64,000 bases of DNA from Vicugna vicugna (GCA_013265495.1 MU058718.1:1736001-1800000); one strand, 5' to 3'. Positions 25,003 through 37,536 are shown, counted from the stretch's first letter. Program-made: numbers and translations. Notes: a model not told the origin generated them from the letters alone.

Positions 25003-25551
25003 TGATGCGGTTCAGGGCTGGCCAACCCAGAACATGCCACTTAGGCATGTGGATTATTTTAAGCTAGAGATGATCAAGGCCCAACAGACTCAAGAAGAGC
25101 TTTTTATCTCCTCCTTAACTGTCTAAAAGAATTTAGATAGAGAGTCTGGTCCACGAAGAGAACTGTCATTAAAGATAATCACAAAGAATATAGACTTGAT
25201 ACGGTAAGCTGCAGGGGAAGCTGGGCAGGGCCTGGAGATCAAATTCCTCTCTGTGTCCATTGTCTCTGCATCACATGGCAAATATTTATTCACCAAACAT
25301 TTGTTCTCCTTGTCTTCCTATAAATCATCTTTCTCCCCTTTGAAGTCCCCAATCTCTACCCTCTTCTCTTTAGCTCAGGATGGCATACAAGCTTCAATTT
25401 CCTGACTGCCTGTGGGTCTCATATTCTTATGGGGCTCCTGTACATATGTAATTAAATTTGTTTTCCTCCTGTTAATCTGTCTTATGTCAATTTAATTGTT
25501 AGACCAGCCAAAGAACCTAGAAGAGAAGAAAGGAAAAGGCTTCCTCCCTAC
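25003..25551 (+). mobile_element. MER39/MER34-like ERV1 solo LTR inserted in pol
   Basis: TGATGCGGTTCAG..ggattattttaagct...ttttcctcctgttaatctgtcttatgtc..cttcctcccTACA. It splits the pol peptide QY|PLKPEA. Confidence 0.8.
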
Positions 25552-27334
25552 AAGTGTATTGTGCAAGCTTGGCTAGAGGTTTAAACAAGTCAGTCTGAAT
25601 TTTGGTGGGTTCAACCTAGTAATCCTGCCTACATCAGTATAATTTTTTGTTGGCATTCTGATATCCTCAGTCTTGGCTTGATTCAGACTCAAAGATATCT
25701 GAAAGTCAAAGTCCAAATTAGTTGTAATTTCATTATAAATAGAGAAGTGTCTAGCAGTTTCAAAGAAGAGATAATTGAGAAAGCATTTAAACTGGCAATT
25801 TCATTTGCATAATAAATCCCTCCCTACTAAGTGAGTATAGTGTCACCAAAGAGGAAAGATTATTCCTCAGTTAAAGGTCCTCTAGTAAGAGTTAAGAGCT
25901 GGGCCATGAAGAATATCTGAGAATTATTGGAGATCCCCACTAACTGAGTAGTTTGTTGACCCTGGAGTAGCGGTTGTGTGACAATGATAGGGTCTTTGGT
26001 TGATATTGTAGTGTCCTATTTGGAGAAATTTCTCCTCATGAGCTCAAGGGTAAAACAAAAAGTTGGGCTATTGATTCTCCCTTAGAGCACCTTCACTTAT
26101 CACTCACTTCACTATTTTCCCCTCTTCTTTCTTAGTTAACACAGACAAGTCTTTTTCCAGTGTCTTTTCTGTTTACAGAAACCACAAGTGTCTTTAACAA
26201 GAGACTCTCTTCCAATAGTTAATGACAGAGGGTGAGTACATCTAGTTGTTTTATCTGTAAGACTATCAGTCTACTCTGAGTCTTATTCTGTTTTTATTTT
26301 AAGACTCTTTTCAATATGTTCAGCAAGGTGTTAGAGTTCTGGCAATGGAGCTCTTTCCCATTCTGGTTCTTATTGCTTACTAAATCCCTTATTTCTGGCT
26401 TAAGTCCATTCACAAAAAGATAGGAGAGAACTGAGGTTGCATTTGTGTTAGAATCTACTAAGATGTTAAAAAGTTGATTATTGACATCTCAAATAAGACA
26501 CATCCTTTCTTTGCTTACAGGACTGAAACAGAGCCCAGTCTATTCTCACAGGGAAGACTTCGGGGTCATCTGCAAAAGAACAGACATAACATCTATAGCT
26601 TCTATAAATTCCTCTAATTTCCTGCACAGTCAGCATCTTTTAAGTCACCCCAGGGTCATCTTATTCTATCTTTTCCATCCAATTATTTTGCATTTGAGGT
26701 TTCCTCTAACATATGAGCTATTACACATTCTAACAGCAATGCTAATTTATTTGCAAATTTTTCTCCATTTTACCTAGGCTTTTGAAAGTCATTAAAATGG
26801 CTCTCAGGCCAGAATGAGACTAGGGAATAAAATCAGCCATCGGTGTTTTTTATCCTGTTCTTATTTAAGGGTTAACTGGTGTTTGGGGAGATTCTATCTG
26901 GCCAAGAGGGAGGGGGAGCCTATCAGGAGATACAGGGGCAGAGTGAAATGGAAGAGCAGAAATAGTAAGATAAAGGCCATTAAGTTATACTGTGATTTGT
27001 GGAGATTACTTTATGTTTTTCACAATTGTGTCTTGTGCCTTAGCCAAGCAATCCTTTTAGGAAACAATTTTGGAATCTGAATTTCTTTTGATGCTTCTTT
27101 GTACCAATCAAAAAATGTAGAACATTAGATGTTTTAGATTTTGTCCACTAAGACACCTCTCCAATGAATGATTTTGTCCATATCGAAGTGTCCCCAAAGT
27201 GGCCACAGTAATTCTAAATTATCATTGGTGAAATTGTACATTTAGAAAGATAAGCATACAAGATTGTGTTATAGCATAAACATATGTAAGAAGCAGGAAT
27301 CTGGCTCAAGAGATGTACGAACTTAAGCTTAGTC
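25552..27334 (-). pseudogene. degenerate ERV1 gag-protease and start of RT
   Basis: Minus strand: NFTNDNLELLWPLWGHFDMDKIIHWRGVL and WYKEASK (matrix region), LFVNGLKPEIRDLV..WERAPLPEL*HLAEHIEKSL (capsid C-term), HLVGRDLLCK (protease, ~25805-25835), TDVGRI..EPTKIQTD..KPLAKLAQY. Confidence 0.88.
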
Positions 27335-27556
27335 CAGTGTGGGCAAACCAGGGTCCTTGGGCCATATCCAGCTCATTGGCTGTTTATATAAATAAAGTTT
27401 TATTGAAACACAGCCTTGTCTAGTTATTTACACATTGTCCATGACTGTGAGAACAGGACAGTGGCAGGGTTGAGTAGTTACAATAGAGACTGTATGGCAC
27501 ACAAGTCTGTAATATTTACTACCGGACTTTTTACAGAAAAGGTTAGCAAGCCCTCA
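27335..27556. mobile_element. MER58A-like hAT MITE inserted just after the gag start
   Basis: 'cagtgtgggcaaac..aataaagttttattgaaacacagcc..ttgagtagttacaatagagactgtatggc..tttacagaaaaggttagcaagccct'. Right flank GTCTAGAC fits the Charlie target consensus. Confidence 0.85.
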
Positions 27557-28922
27557 GTCTAGACTAAGACAAACCCATGAAAGCCAGGAAATGCTCAGCT
27601 ATTGTTGCAGTTAGATCATCTGACTCTGGGCACACCATTGTGACCCTTGGAACTAATCTATGTAATGTTTTTCGCTTTTTGGGCCATGGTGTGCCTTTTG
27701 TCACCAGAGCCACTCAGCAAAGGTGTTTGATGAATCTTCCACACTTTGTACCGTGCACAAGAATCTGGTTTTGTTGAGCCTGGAACAACCTCCATAAAAA
27801 TCAGCTCAGAGAGACTCTGTTGACTTTCCCCACCCCCTCCTGGTCACTTCACTCTAGAAAGGGATCATCATAGCTCAGCTGCTTCCAGGGCCATGGTCAG
27901 GATGAAAGGAGTGTGAGCTTATATAAGCCTATTTTGAAAACCCAGGGTTCAACCCTGACCCCTGGGCATACTTCTTTCTTTCCTTAATGGTAACCACACA
28001 TTGGCCTGATTTGTACATCTTCCGGGTAAAAATGGCCAGCCAAAAGAGAGCTTAGGGTATTCAAACTTATTCTGGGCCAGCCACCCAGATTCTCTTGTTT
28101 GATCAACATCCTTCTACATCATAAGGATAATAACCTCTTTGTTGAATACACTGCTCACCAAGTCCTTCTACCCACATGAGCCAAACTAGGGGATATCACG
28201 GGTATCTCTGATTTTTATAAAAATCCTTTGTCTATCTTGTAACTGACCCTTTCAGACAAAATGAGTGCAGTAGCAGGTGACTAGAAGAAAGGGGGAGTGA
28301 AGTTACAGCTACTGACATGGGTCACACTGGTTTTGTGGGGTCAAGGGAGAACAACACCTTGGCCCTTAGGAGGGACCACCTGAGACTCCAAAGATACAGA
28401 GGAGGGATTTTAATGATCTTTGTCTTTTAGAGTCACCCAAGGGGCCTTCTCCACACCCCAAAAAATGCCTCAATTATAAGAAGGAAAAAGTACCTGGTTG
28501 GAAATTGATTACAAGCACCTTAAATTTACCTTGCTGCTGGCTTTGTCCCCCCCCCACCCCAGACGGCTCTGCCCAGGATTTGATTGCCGTTTCCTTTAAT
28601 GTCATCCAGAAGCCTATCAGAAAGAGCAGAGGATGACCCCTGATCCTGCATCTCACATGCAAATTACTAATCACTACCTCTGATGTCTTCCCCACTTCCA
28701 TTCTGTCGTGTTGTGGGGTAGACAGATGTCACCTGGCTGATGGCTGGACAAACAGGACAGGTTGGACTGACTGCCTTCAGACAGTCCCCCCAAAAACAAG
28801 GATTGGACTCTGACTGGAACTAAACTGGAAACCTTAAGGCCCATGAGGTGATGGAGACTCTATGTGGGGGCGCTGTCCACCTGTGCCCCAGACTGATGGA
28901 AGTCCCACTTGGAGGAACCTCA
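27557..28922 (-). mobile_element. ERV1 gag start (ATG at 27578, MGLS*S) and long 5' leader, possible degenerate PBS at ~28906-28922
   Basis: Minus strand ATGGGTTTGTCTTAGTCT gives an MG-x-S myristoylation-type start adjacent to the gag remnant. TGAGGTTCCTCCAAGT loosely resembles PBS-Gln TGGAGGTTCCACCGAGAT. Confidence 0.55.
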
Positions 28923-29802
28923 TAGTCATAAACAACATGGACCTTTCAGGAGCCTGTGTGAGCCTCCAGGACTATACTTCTTGTGCAGAAGCTGGGCATT
29001 AACTTGCTCGCCTCTCAAATCAGGGTGACTTTGTCCCTGAAGGGTTGTCGTAAGAGACCTTCAAGTTTTTAAGGAAACACCACCTGTAGGTCATGTAGCC
29101 TTCAGATGACAACGAAGATCTGTCCAAAATGAGGCTGCCCTTGCTTACTGGGAGGAGTTTCCCAGAGGGACAACTGACTCGTTATTTTCGTGCATCCTTG
29201 CAATGTTATCTCTGCAAGGGATATCACTGAGCTAGAAAAGACTGTGTAAAATTTGGCCTAGACTTCAGCTGGCATGATCAATGACAGGTCGGGATAGAGG
29301 CTGAGCTGCAGGCTGCAGGTGGACCCCCCCGGCCTGTGCTCTTTCCGCACAGGTTGTGCTCTGACTTTACTGTCATGGGGGGTCCAGAGGCTCAGACAGC
29401 AGGGCCCGTAGTCAGTACCACGTAAGTGTTAGTTCTCAAGGAGGAATATCTAGAAGAAAAGAAAGAAGAAGAAATAATTTTTGAACATAAAAATAAAAGA
29501 TCTCAGTTGTTAAATTAGCAAACCTAAACCTTACTTAATTCACTTTCATTAAGGAGAAGCCAGTCAGTAAAGTTACATTTGCATGTAATTTAAAAGAATT
29601 TTGTTACTTACAACCATAAATAGCAATTCTTTTAACAGAATGTCCAGGCAGCCGTTCCCCTGTATCTGCCTTAAAGACATTTTTTAACTAGTAGATATTG
29701 GCACATAAGTAAGAACAGAGTCAAAGCCCTTAAAACATCCCTTTTCAGATACAGAGGGAAAGTTGCTACCTAAAAGCATCATCTCTATGGCAGCACGGAT
29801 GG

Positions 29803-30180
29803 TGTCTGTGTGCCAGGGCTGCCGTAACAAAGCACCGCAGACTGGGTGGTTTGAAAAATGGAAACATTTCCTCACAGTTCTAGAGGCTAGAAGTCTGAGA
29901 TCAAGGTGTCATCAGGGTTAATTTCTTTTGAGGCCTTTCGCCTTGACTTGTAGGTGGCCGTCTTCTCCCCATGTTTCACATGATCTTCCTCTGTATATGT
30001 CTGTGTCCTAATTTCCTCTTCCTATAAGGATACCAGATGTTGGATTAGGGCCTGCCCTAATTTTAACTTAATTACCTCCTTAAAGACCCTGCCTCCAAAT
30101 ACAGTCATATTCAGTAGTCCAAACTGAGGGTTAGGGATTCAACATATAAATTTGGGGGGCACACAACTCAGCTCATAATA
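29803..30180 (-). mobile_element. MaLR LTR (MLT1B-like)
   Basis: 'agggctgccgtaacaaagcaccgcagactgggtgg..ctcacagttctagaggctagaagtctgagatcaaggtgtc..ccaaatacagtcatatt..ttcaacatataaatttgggggg'. Confidence 0.9.
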
Positions 30181-31513
30181 TTAGTCAAATTAAAAAGAAA
30201 GATATTTGTATCGACAAGGGATAAAAAGCAAGATCTTTCTTTAGCTAAGCCTCACAGGACAAAGACTATGTGGTACAACACAGGTCTCTTTTGAAATCTG
30301 TTCAAAGTAGTTAACTTCAAAGTAACTATTTAGGACAAATTTGAATTTTCTTCAACATTTTTTGCCTATGATTGTACCTTGTATCTAGGCAATGCTATTT
30401 TTTAGGAGCATTATTTGAGCAGCTTCTGAAACTTTGAAGAGGGACTGTAATTTGAAGAAGAGAAGCTTTTTGTAAATACCACATGTTTTTTCTTTATTAA
30501 AAAATGATGAAGATGGATGATTTTGAAATATCACTATCTTTCCTGAGTTTACACGCTTTCGTAAGAAATCATTTTTGATTCAAGAATTGTGATTGTCTTT
30601 TAAAAAGTCATTATTAATTAAGTCACATATCTTTAGCCCACTAACCATTAGTGATTAGTAATCTCTAGAGTAATAAGAAACAACCATATAATTGTGGGCA
30701 ATCTCTATTTGATCATCTGCCCTGCCCAGCCCCCTTTCTGGGGACTGTCCTTTTCCCTACTTCACACAGTTACACAGGGAGGAAATGCCAGCGTCTCTCC
30801 ATCGTCTGAAAAGTAGACACCTATGCAAAATGAACCAGGGAAACCCTAGCATCCAGATCAAAAGTCTATTCAGGCATCAAGAAATAAAAAGCCAGCCCCC
30901 AGATTGAGAGAAAATATTTACAAATCATATAGTTGATAAGGGATCTATGCCCAAAATATAAAAAGAGCTCTTACACTCAACAAGCATCCTACAGGAAACA
31001 GATCTGAATAGATATTTCTCCAAAGGAGATGTACAAATGGCCAATAAGCACACAAAAGGATATCAGATATCATTAGTCATCAGGGAAATGCAAGTCAAAT
31101 CCACAAAGAAATATCATTTCACACCCACTGGGATGTGAAATATATGGGATGGCTGTAATCAGAAGCCAACAGTAGCAAGTGTTAGCAAGGATGTGGAGAA
31201 ATTGGAACCTTCACACATTGCTAGTGGAATTGAAAAATGGCACAGCCACCTAGGAAAAACATGGATGAACTCTAAGAACATTATACGAAATGCAAGAACC
31301 AAGACACAAAAAGCCACATGTTGTATGATTTTATTTAAATCATATGTCCAGAATAGGCAAATCTATAGAGACAGGAAGTAGATTAGTGGTTGCAAGGATC
31401 TGGGGGGAGAGGGGAAATGGGAATGACTGCTGATGGTGCAGGGCTCCTTTGGGGGATGAAGAAAATGTTCTGGAATTAGATAGTGGTGATTGATGCATAA
31501 TTTTGTGAATATA

Positions 31514-32322
31514 CAATAGATTCTCATTTTTCGTGTAAGTATGTCCTATGAAGTTGCCACAAACATGATTTCATGAATAGTGAGGCACTGCTCCTAAGGA
31601 AAATTCAGGATTTGGTTCCCAAAGCTGCTAGTTATAACATTTTCATCAACCAATTAGTACCTTGTTTTGTGTGTGTTTCTATTTAAAGACACCCTACTTA
31701 ATGTAGATTTCTTATAATTAATTATATGGAGTATTTGTACTAAAACACTGGCCAAGAAGAGTTTTACATTTTCCTCACTTGAGTAAAGTGACAGTAAATT
31801 TCTTTGGCTTTCGGCCTCACAACTATGCTATCTCCTATATTTTATGTTTTTTTTAAGTTGGTTATCATCTCATGAATCCACAAAGTTAGCCACTTTTCCA
31901 TCTTCTCCATACCCTCATCACACATTATAGTTGTTACATCAGCACTTTCCAGAGCAGCCTCATGGACAGATTGGTAAATGTCCTCTTCCTTTTTCTGGAT
32001 ATAATGCGTGGTTGATTCATTAACGTTGAACTCATAGCCAACAGCACTATAACTCATGCCTGAAAAACAATTATCTAACACGTATTTTCTTTATCAGGCA
32101 CATTCCAGCCTTCTTGTGTTTAGGAACACCAGACAGCACTTCAGCTCTTCACGTGGGGGCCATTCTAAACAGCAACATCACCAACAAAAAGCATAAAAAT
32201 GCTAAAAAAAAAAAAAAAGTGCCCTAAATAGACCAAAAAATGTGTACTTGTCTTTAGTATGAGAGCGTATTCCAGCAATTCAAATTTTTCAACATTCTGC
32301 ATATGTCTATAATCAGCAATTA
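31514..32322 (-). mobile_element. Tigger (TcMar; Tigger6/MER82-like) deletion derivative retaining the transposase N-terminus
   Basis: Starts after a TA. ORF 31842-32081 GMSYSAVGYEFNVNESTTHYIQKKE...MEKMEKWLTLWI resembles the CENP-B/pogo HTH domains. Confidence 0.85.
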
Positions 32323-32368
32323 TATAAAAAAAACAGTGAGTTGTACACTTTAAAAGCTAAATTTACAG

Positions 32369-32992
32369 TGTTGTTGGACCCAACTTGGGTACCCAATATA
32401 TTGCGAGGCCAAATAAACTGAAATGTCAGAATTTGGAACAGAAAAAAATTTAGTGCAGGGTCAAGCAAGAAGAGTGGGCAGCTCCTGTTCAAAAAGCCCA
32501 AACTCCCAGATGGTTTTCAGGGAAAGTGATTCTGTAGGTGTAATTTGCAGGGAAGGCTATGTGTGGTGTGTGACCTTCCTCTGGTTGGTTAGTTGGTGGG
32601 GAGGTCACAGGGTGATGCTCCCGGAATGTCAATGGTCAATCTTCCAGTTCCAGCCAGTCTGGGGTCCAAGTGCTTGTGCTCAGCTTGAAGTCACCATCCT
32701 CCACCTAGGTGGGGGCCTTTGTTTCTGTAGAAGAACTCAGAGGTATGTATCAGATTGTTGTGTGTGTCCCTTGAAGAGGAATCAGGCCTGTGCCCCATGA
32801 CTGTGCTATTGTTTCTTGACTGCTCCTCCTTTGTTTCTGCATTCCCTCCCTTCCCTGATTAGTAACTGCTCTAATCTTTGGAACTCAGAGAAGATCTAGG
32901 AGGCTAAAGCCTTCTTCCTACAAAAACAAGAAACAGGGACACAGAAAGTCTTTTGTATCCAGGAGGCTCCCATAGTGTCCTGCTCGGTTTCA
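32369..32992 (-). mobile_element. ERV1 solo LTR (laurasiatherian MER41-like)
   Basis: TG...CA. Minus strand begins TGAAACCGAGCAGGACACTATGGG. Interrupts the L1MB tail. Confidence 0.78.
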
Positions 32993-33535
32993 AGATTATG
33001 TGATTTTTTTAAAAAATTGTATCTCATTAAAACTGTTTTTTTTAACTAAAAAAAATTAGGTATTTCAGTGGGCAGTTCTACATGTAACATATAAAACTGA
33101 TGACTCTCTATAGCTTTTTTTTCTCCCCTGCATCTTGTGAAACAGAAAAATTCCTTTCTGTTCCATGAGAGAATGAGACTGACCAGCAGAAAGAAGCAGA
33201 CAAAAAAGACGTCCAGCAAGAGGACTTTCTGGGTTCCGGACCCTGGGTCCTACCCTCTCAAGGCCTGCTCATCCAATTCTTTCTTTGATCTCAGTGTTAT
33301 CAATGCCCCCTTCTTAAGCTGGTTCAAGTAGGTTCTATTTCTTACAACCAAAATCATTATAATTAATACAACAGATTTTTAGAGAATTTTCTGAAATCTT
33401 TTGATGAAACAATGAATTAATTAGGTCTTCATCTAGAATTTGAATAGATGTTAAGATGACTGTGAACCATCCAACTGAATTCCTTGAGAACAGGATATCA
33501 TCGTGGTGTTTGGTCTACGCAGATTTTAGACCTAC

Positions 33536-34166
33536 TGATGCAGGAAATTGGATGTGGGGCATGAGAAGGGCCAAGTCCCAGGTTTCAGTTGAGCCCCTGG
33601 GATGTGCCCTGCCAAGTGTGGGTCCTTGGCTTCGCGCAGGAAAGAATTCAAGTGCGAGCCACCGTTGAGTAAAGGTAGATTTAATTACAGAGATACATAC
33701 TGCATAGAGTGTAAGGCAAAAGAAAGACAAGGGAAGAGGTGTGGGAATTGGGTGCTCAGGTTAAAGTAAAAGTAGGTGCACACTCCATAGACAGAGTGCG
33801 GGCCATCTCCTAAGGGGAGAGAGAGTGCGAAGGGCCACTAGGTGTGGTGGTGTCACTTTTTATGGTCTCAGTAGCTTCACAGCCTATAAGTGGGATCAGT
33901 CTAACTGCCCCGGGGAAGGGGCTGGGATTCCCAGGGACTGGGCCACCGCCCATTCTTTGGCCTTTTGCAGTTAGCCTTGGGGCTGTCATGGCACCTGCGG
34001 GCAAGTTATTTGATCTTGCTGTTACAATAAGCATATAATGAAGCTCAAGTTCTATTAGAAGTCAAACCTCTCAATCCTTAAGGCCAACTAGGAGATGAAT
34101 CTTCCACCATTTTGGTTGCTGTCATTCCTTGAGTGGCTGTGCCCTGCCCCCTTCCCGCCTGTCTCA
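33536..34166 (-). mobile_element. ERV1 solo LTR, 631 bp, with 4-bp TSD
   Basis: TG...CA termini. CTAC at 33532-33535 and 34167-34170. Minus strand starts TGAGACAGGCGGGAAG. Several CpGs retained. Confidence 0.88.
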
Positions 34167-34767
34167 CTACCACTCGTTCCATGTAAGGCAAATGTTGAGA
34201 GTTGTGAGGTATTCCTGGCCCTGTAGACAGTGTATTAGCATCCCTAGAACAGGCACTCTTTATGAATGGTAACGACTGATTTATAAATGAGCGTGTGGTG
34301 CTGACTCTATCACAGGGAGACCTCTGTAAAATGAGGAGATCAGAAAAACAACCAGTTCCTAAAGCCTCTTGCACTCTGATATTTTTTGTTATGTAAATTA
34401 AACAGACTTCTTAAAATAGTTTCCACACTCTTGATTATCTTATTCAACCCTCCTTCATGGCCATCACTGAAGGTAAATGTCAACTCAAGCTGACTCAGCC
34501 CAATGCACCAGATCAAGAATCCAAAAGAGTACTATTCCAGCTCTCAGCTGAATTAGCAAATCCCTATTAAGACTAGAATTGTTCATTTAAGTGTTATTTT
34601 CATGGAGAGACCTTTGGGGTATTTTTATTTAAATAGGATTTTAAAAAAGGATTGTAAGCCTCATAAACATTCAATCTTTCCCCTGTCCAAGAGCCCGGGG
34701 CCCAAAGGAGATTTCCTAGGTGATCTGAGCCACCGGTACACAGCAGTGTGGGAGGGCCTGGGTGCAG

Positions 34768-34957
34768 CAGTGGTTCTCAAACTTTAGCCTGTAGCAGCAT
34801 CCCCCAGGGGGCTTGTTAAAAAACAGATTGCTGAACTCCACCCCAGAGTCTCTGATTCAGTAGGTCCCAGAAGGTCAGAAATTTTACATTTCTAGCTGGT
34901 TCCCAGGCAACATAAACTGTTAGTTGTTGGTTCAGAAACAAACTTTGAGAACCATTG
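34768..34957. mobile_element. MER5A hAT-Charlie MITE
   Basis: Terminal inverted repeats CAGTGGTTCTCAAA ... TTTGAGAACCATTG; ~190 bp. Confidence 0.9.
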
Positions 34958-35520
34958 AGGAAGAAATTCTCAAGGAGTCAGATAGTATTGCCTCTGAGAG
35001 GTTGTCAAGTTGGGGTGTTGCTGTAACAGAGACTGCAGGTGATAAGAGTTTCCATAATGGCTTTCACTGTGGTCTTCACCTTTCCTATTTTTAACTTTCC
35101 TAGGGAGAGAGAGAGAGAGGGAGCTTCTCTTAAGAGGTTTTTAAAGCATTAGGTATGTCTCCTTTCAAAGTCCCATGACATGACAGACCAACTGAAAGAA
35201 ACCTGTTCCCTCCTGAAGCATCTGCCTGATTGCTATGTAATGCGAGAATAGTTCCTTAATGAAACGGGGACGTTCAAGCCTTACATGAATGTTTTATGCC
35301 ACATCCTTTATCAAGTAGTGACTCTTCTCCCTCCCCTTAGGTTAATCTTAGAGGTACTGTTTTCAGATACTCTTTTATGAATGCCTACCATACAAAAGGT
35401 ACCAGATTAAGGGCTACAGGAAATGTAGATGCTTAAATACACTGGCCGCAACGCATCCATACTGCACTTATAAATGCATAAAGGTACTTATAAATGTAAA
35501 TCATATAAATGCATTTATAC

Positions 35521-36006
35521 AATTTACAATGTTGTGTTAGTTTCTGGTATACAGCATAGTGATTCAATTATATATATGTATATATAATGTACATACACAT
35601 GTGTGTGTGTGTATGTGTGTGTGTATTCCTTTTCATATTCTTTTTTATTATAGGCTATTACAAGGTATTGCCAGCAATCCCACTCCTAGGCATATATCCA
35701 GAGGAAAATATAATTTGAAAAGACACATGCACCTCAGTGTTCATAGCAGCACTGTTTACAATAGCCAAGACATGAAAGCAACCTAAATGTCCATCAACAA
35801 TTGATTGGATAAAGAAGATGTACATATATATATATATGCATATATATATATATATGAAATACACAATGAAATACTACTCAGCCATAAGAAAAGAATGAAG
35901 TAATGCCATTTGCAACAACATGGGTGGACCTGGAGATTGTCATACTAAATGAAGTAAGCCAGAAAGAGAAAGAAAAATACCACATGATATCACTTATATG
36001 TGGAAT
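35521..36006. mobile_element. L1 with internal inversion (3'UTR on -, ~35521-35670; ORF2 end on +, ~35671-36006)
   Basis: Reverse L1 3'UTR 'tttacaatgttgtgttagtttctggtatacagcatagtgattca' directly abuts sense 'ccagcaatcccactcctaggcatatatccagagg'. Confidence 0.85.
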
Positions 36007-36599
36007 TCTTAAGGTTTTGAGCTTCTGGAAATTTGACCCTTTGTCACTTGGTGTTTAGTGCCTTTTATGGTACTATGAATGATTAACCTAACATTAGTAG
36101 TATAACATTGACTCTCTAAGAAATAAAAAGAGAGAGAGCTCCAGAGGACAGAAGAAAGTGAAGGGCTACTTACCGAATGGGAACCAGGAAATGACAGTAA
36201 GTTTACGGGTTACGCCTAGTAGTTCAGTGAGACTCCCTCCTCTAACCTTGTATCTTCCCCTTCCATCTCTCACACACACAGCCCTCCACCCACACTATCC
36301 ATTTTCAGCTTGCTCATGGGCTAAGCTAGCCGGGCAATTTGCAATTTTAGAAACAGTGGAGAAGAAGAGCATAAAAACAGGTTGCTCACCTTATAATTTG
36401 GAGCTGTTGGAACAAACATACTTGCAATTCCACTGGGACTTGCGCTTATATTTAGTATTAGAATGAATAGCATTGTATGTACCAATCTCTTGAGTATTTC
36501 AAAACAGATACAAGTGAGAATATGTGTGAAATCCAAAATGTGACAAAACACAAGTTTGTGATCATACTTAAAATTGAGATGGGGAGAAAAGTATCTTAA

Positions 36600-37036
36600 A
36601 CTTTTTAAATTAAGATATAATGGACCATATAAAATTATATGTTTCAGGTATACAACATAATGATTCAATATAGTTAGATATTGCAAAATGATCACCACCA
36701 TAAGTCTAGTTAACATGTGTCACCACACATGGTTATAATCTTTTTTCTTGTTTTAAGAACTTTTAAGATTTAGTCTCTCAGCAACTTTCAAATATACAAT
36801 ACAGTATTATTAACTACATTCATCATGCTGTACATTTCACCCCCAGGGCTTATTTATTTTATAACTGGAAGGTTGTACCTTTGACCCTTTTCACCCATTT
36901 CATCCATCCCCAACCTTTACCTCTAGAAACCATCAATCTGTCCTCTGTAGCTATTAGTTTGTTTTTTGTTTTTTCAGATTCCACATATAAGTGAGATCGT
37001 ATGGAATTTATCTCTCTTTTTCTAACTTATTTCACT
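36600..37036 (-). mobile_element. L1 3' end (L1MA9-like) with TSD
   Basis: Reverse L1 3'UTR. 13-bp TSD AAAAGTATCTTAA at 36587-36599 and 37037-37049. Confidence 0.9.
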
Positions 37037-37213
37037 AAAAGTATCTTAAGTTTTAGCAGCAGGTGGGGAAAAAAGTTACCTATACCCAAATTATTATATT
37101 GTAAAGAAAATGTTAAATGGGCTCTCAATACACAATATAGTCTTTTTATTTTATTTAACTACTCTAAGCATATTTCATTTCAGAAGTTAGAGTAGAACAA
37201 AACAGATTGTATT

Positions 37214-37489
37214 TGGAGAGGGTGTAGAGAAAAGGGAACCCTCCTATATTGTTGATGAGAATGTAAACTGGTGTAGCCATTATGTAAAACAGTATGGAGA
37301 TTCCTCAAAAAACTGAAACTAGATTTACCCTATGATCCAGCAATCCCACTCCTGGGCATATATCCAGAGGGAACTCTAATTCGAAAAGATACATGCACCC
37401 TAATATTCATTGCAGCACTATTTACAATAGCCAAGACATGGAAACAACCTAAATGTCCATCAACAGCTGACTGGATAAAGATGTGTATG

Positions 37490-37536
<47 letters not shown>

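Larger units (their letters stand above)
30870..33040 (+). mobile_element. L1MB-like ORF2 end/3'UTR split into three pieces (~30870-31513, ~32323-32368, ~32993-33040)
   Basis: 'caaatggccaataagcac..cattagtcatcagggaaatgcaa', 'gtccagaataggcaaatctatagagacaggaagtagattagtggttgc..ctggaattagatagtggtgat', resuming 'agttgtacactttaaa' and 'tatgtga..tatctcattaaaactgtt'. Confidence 0.85.
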
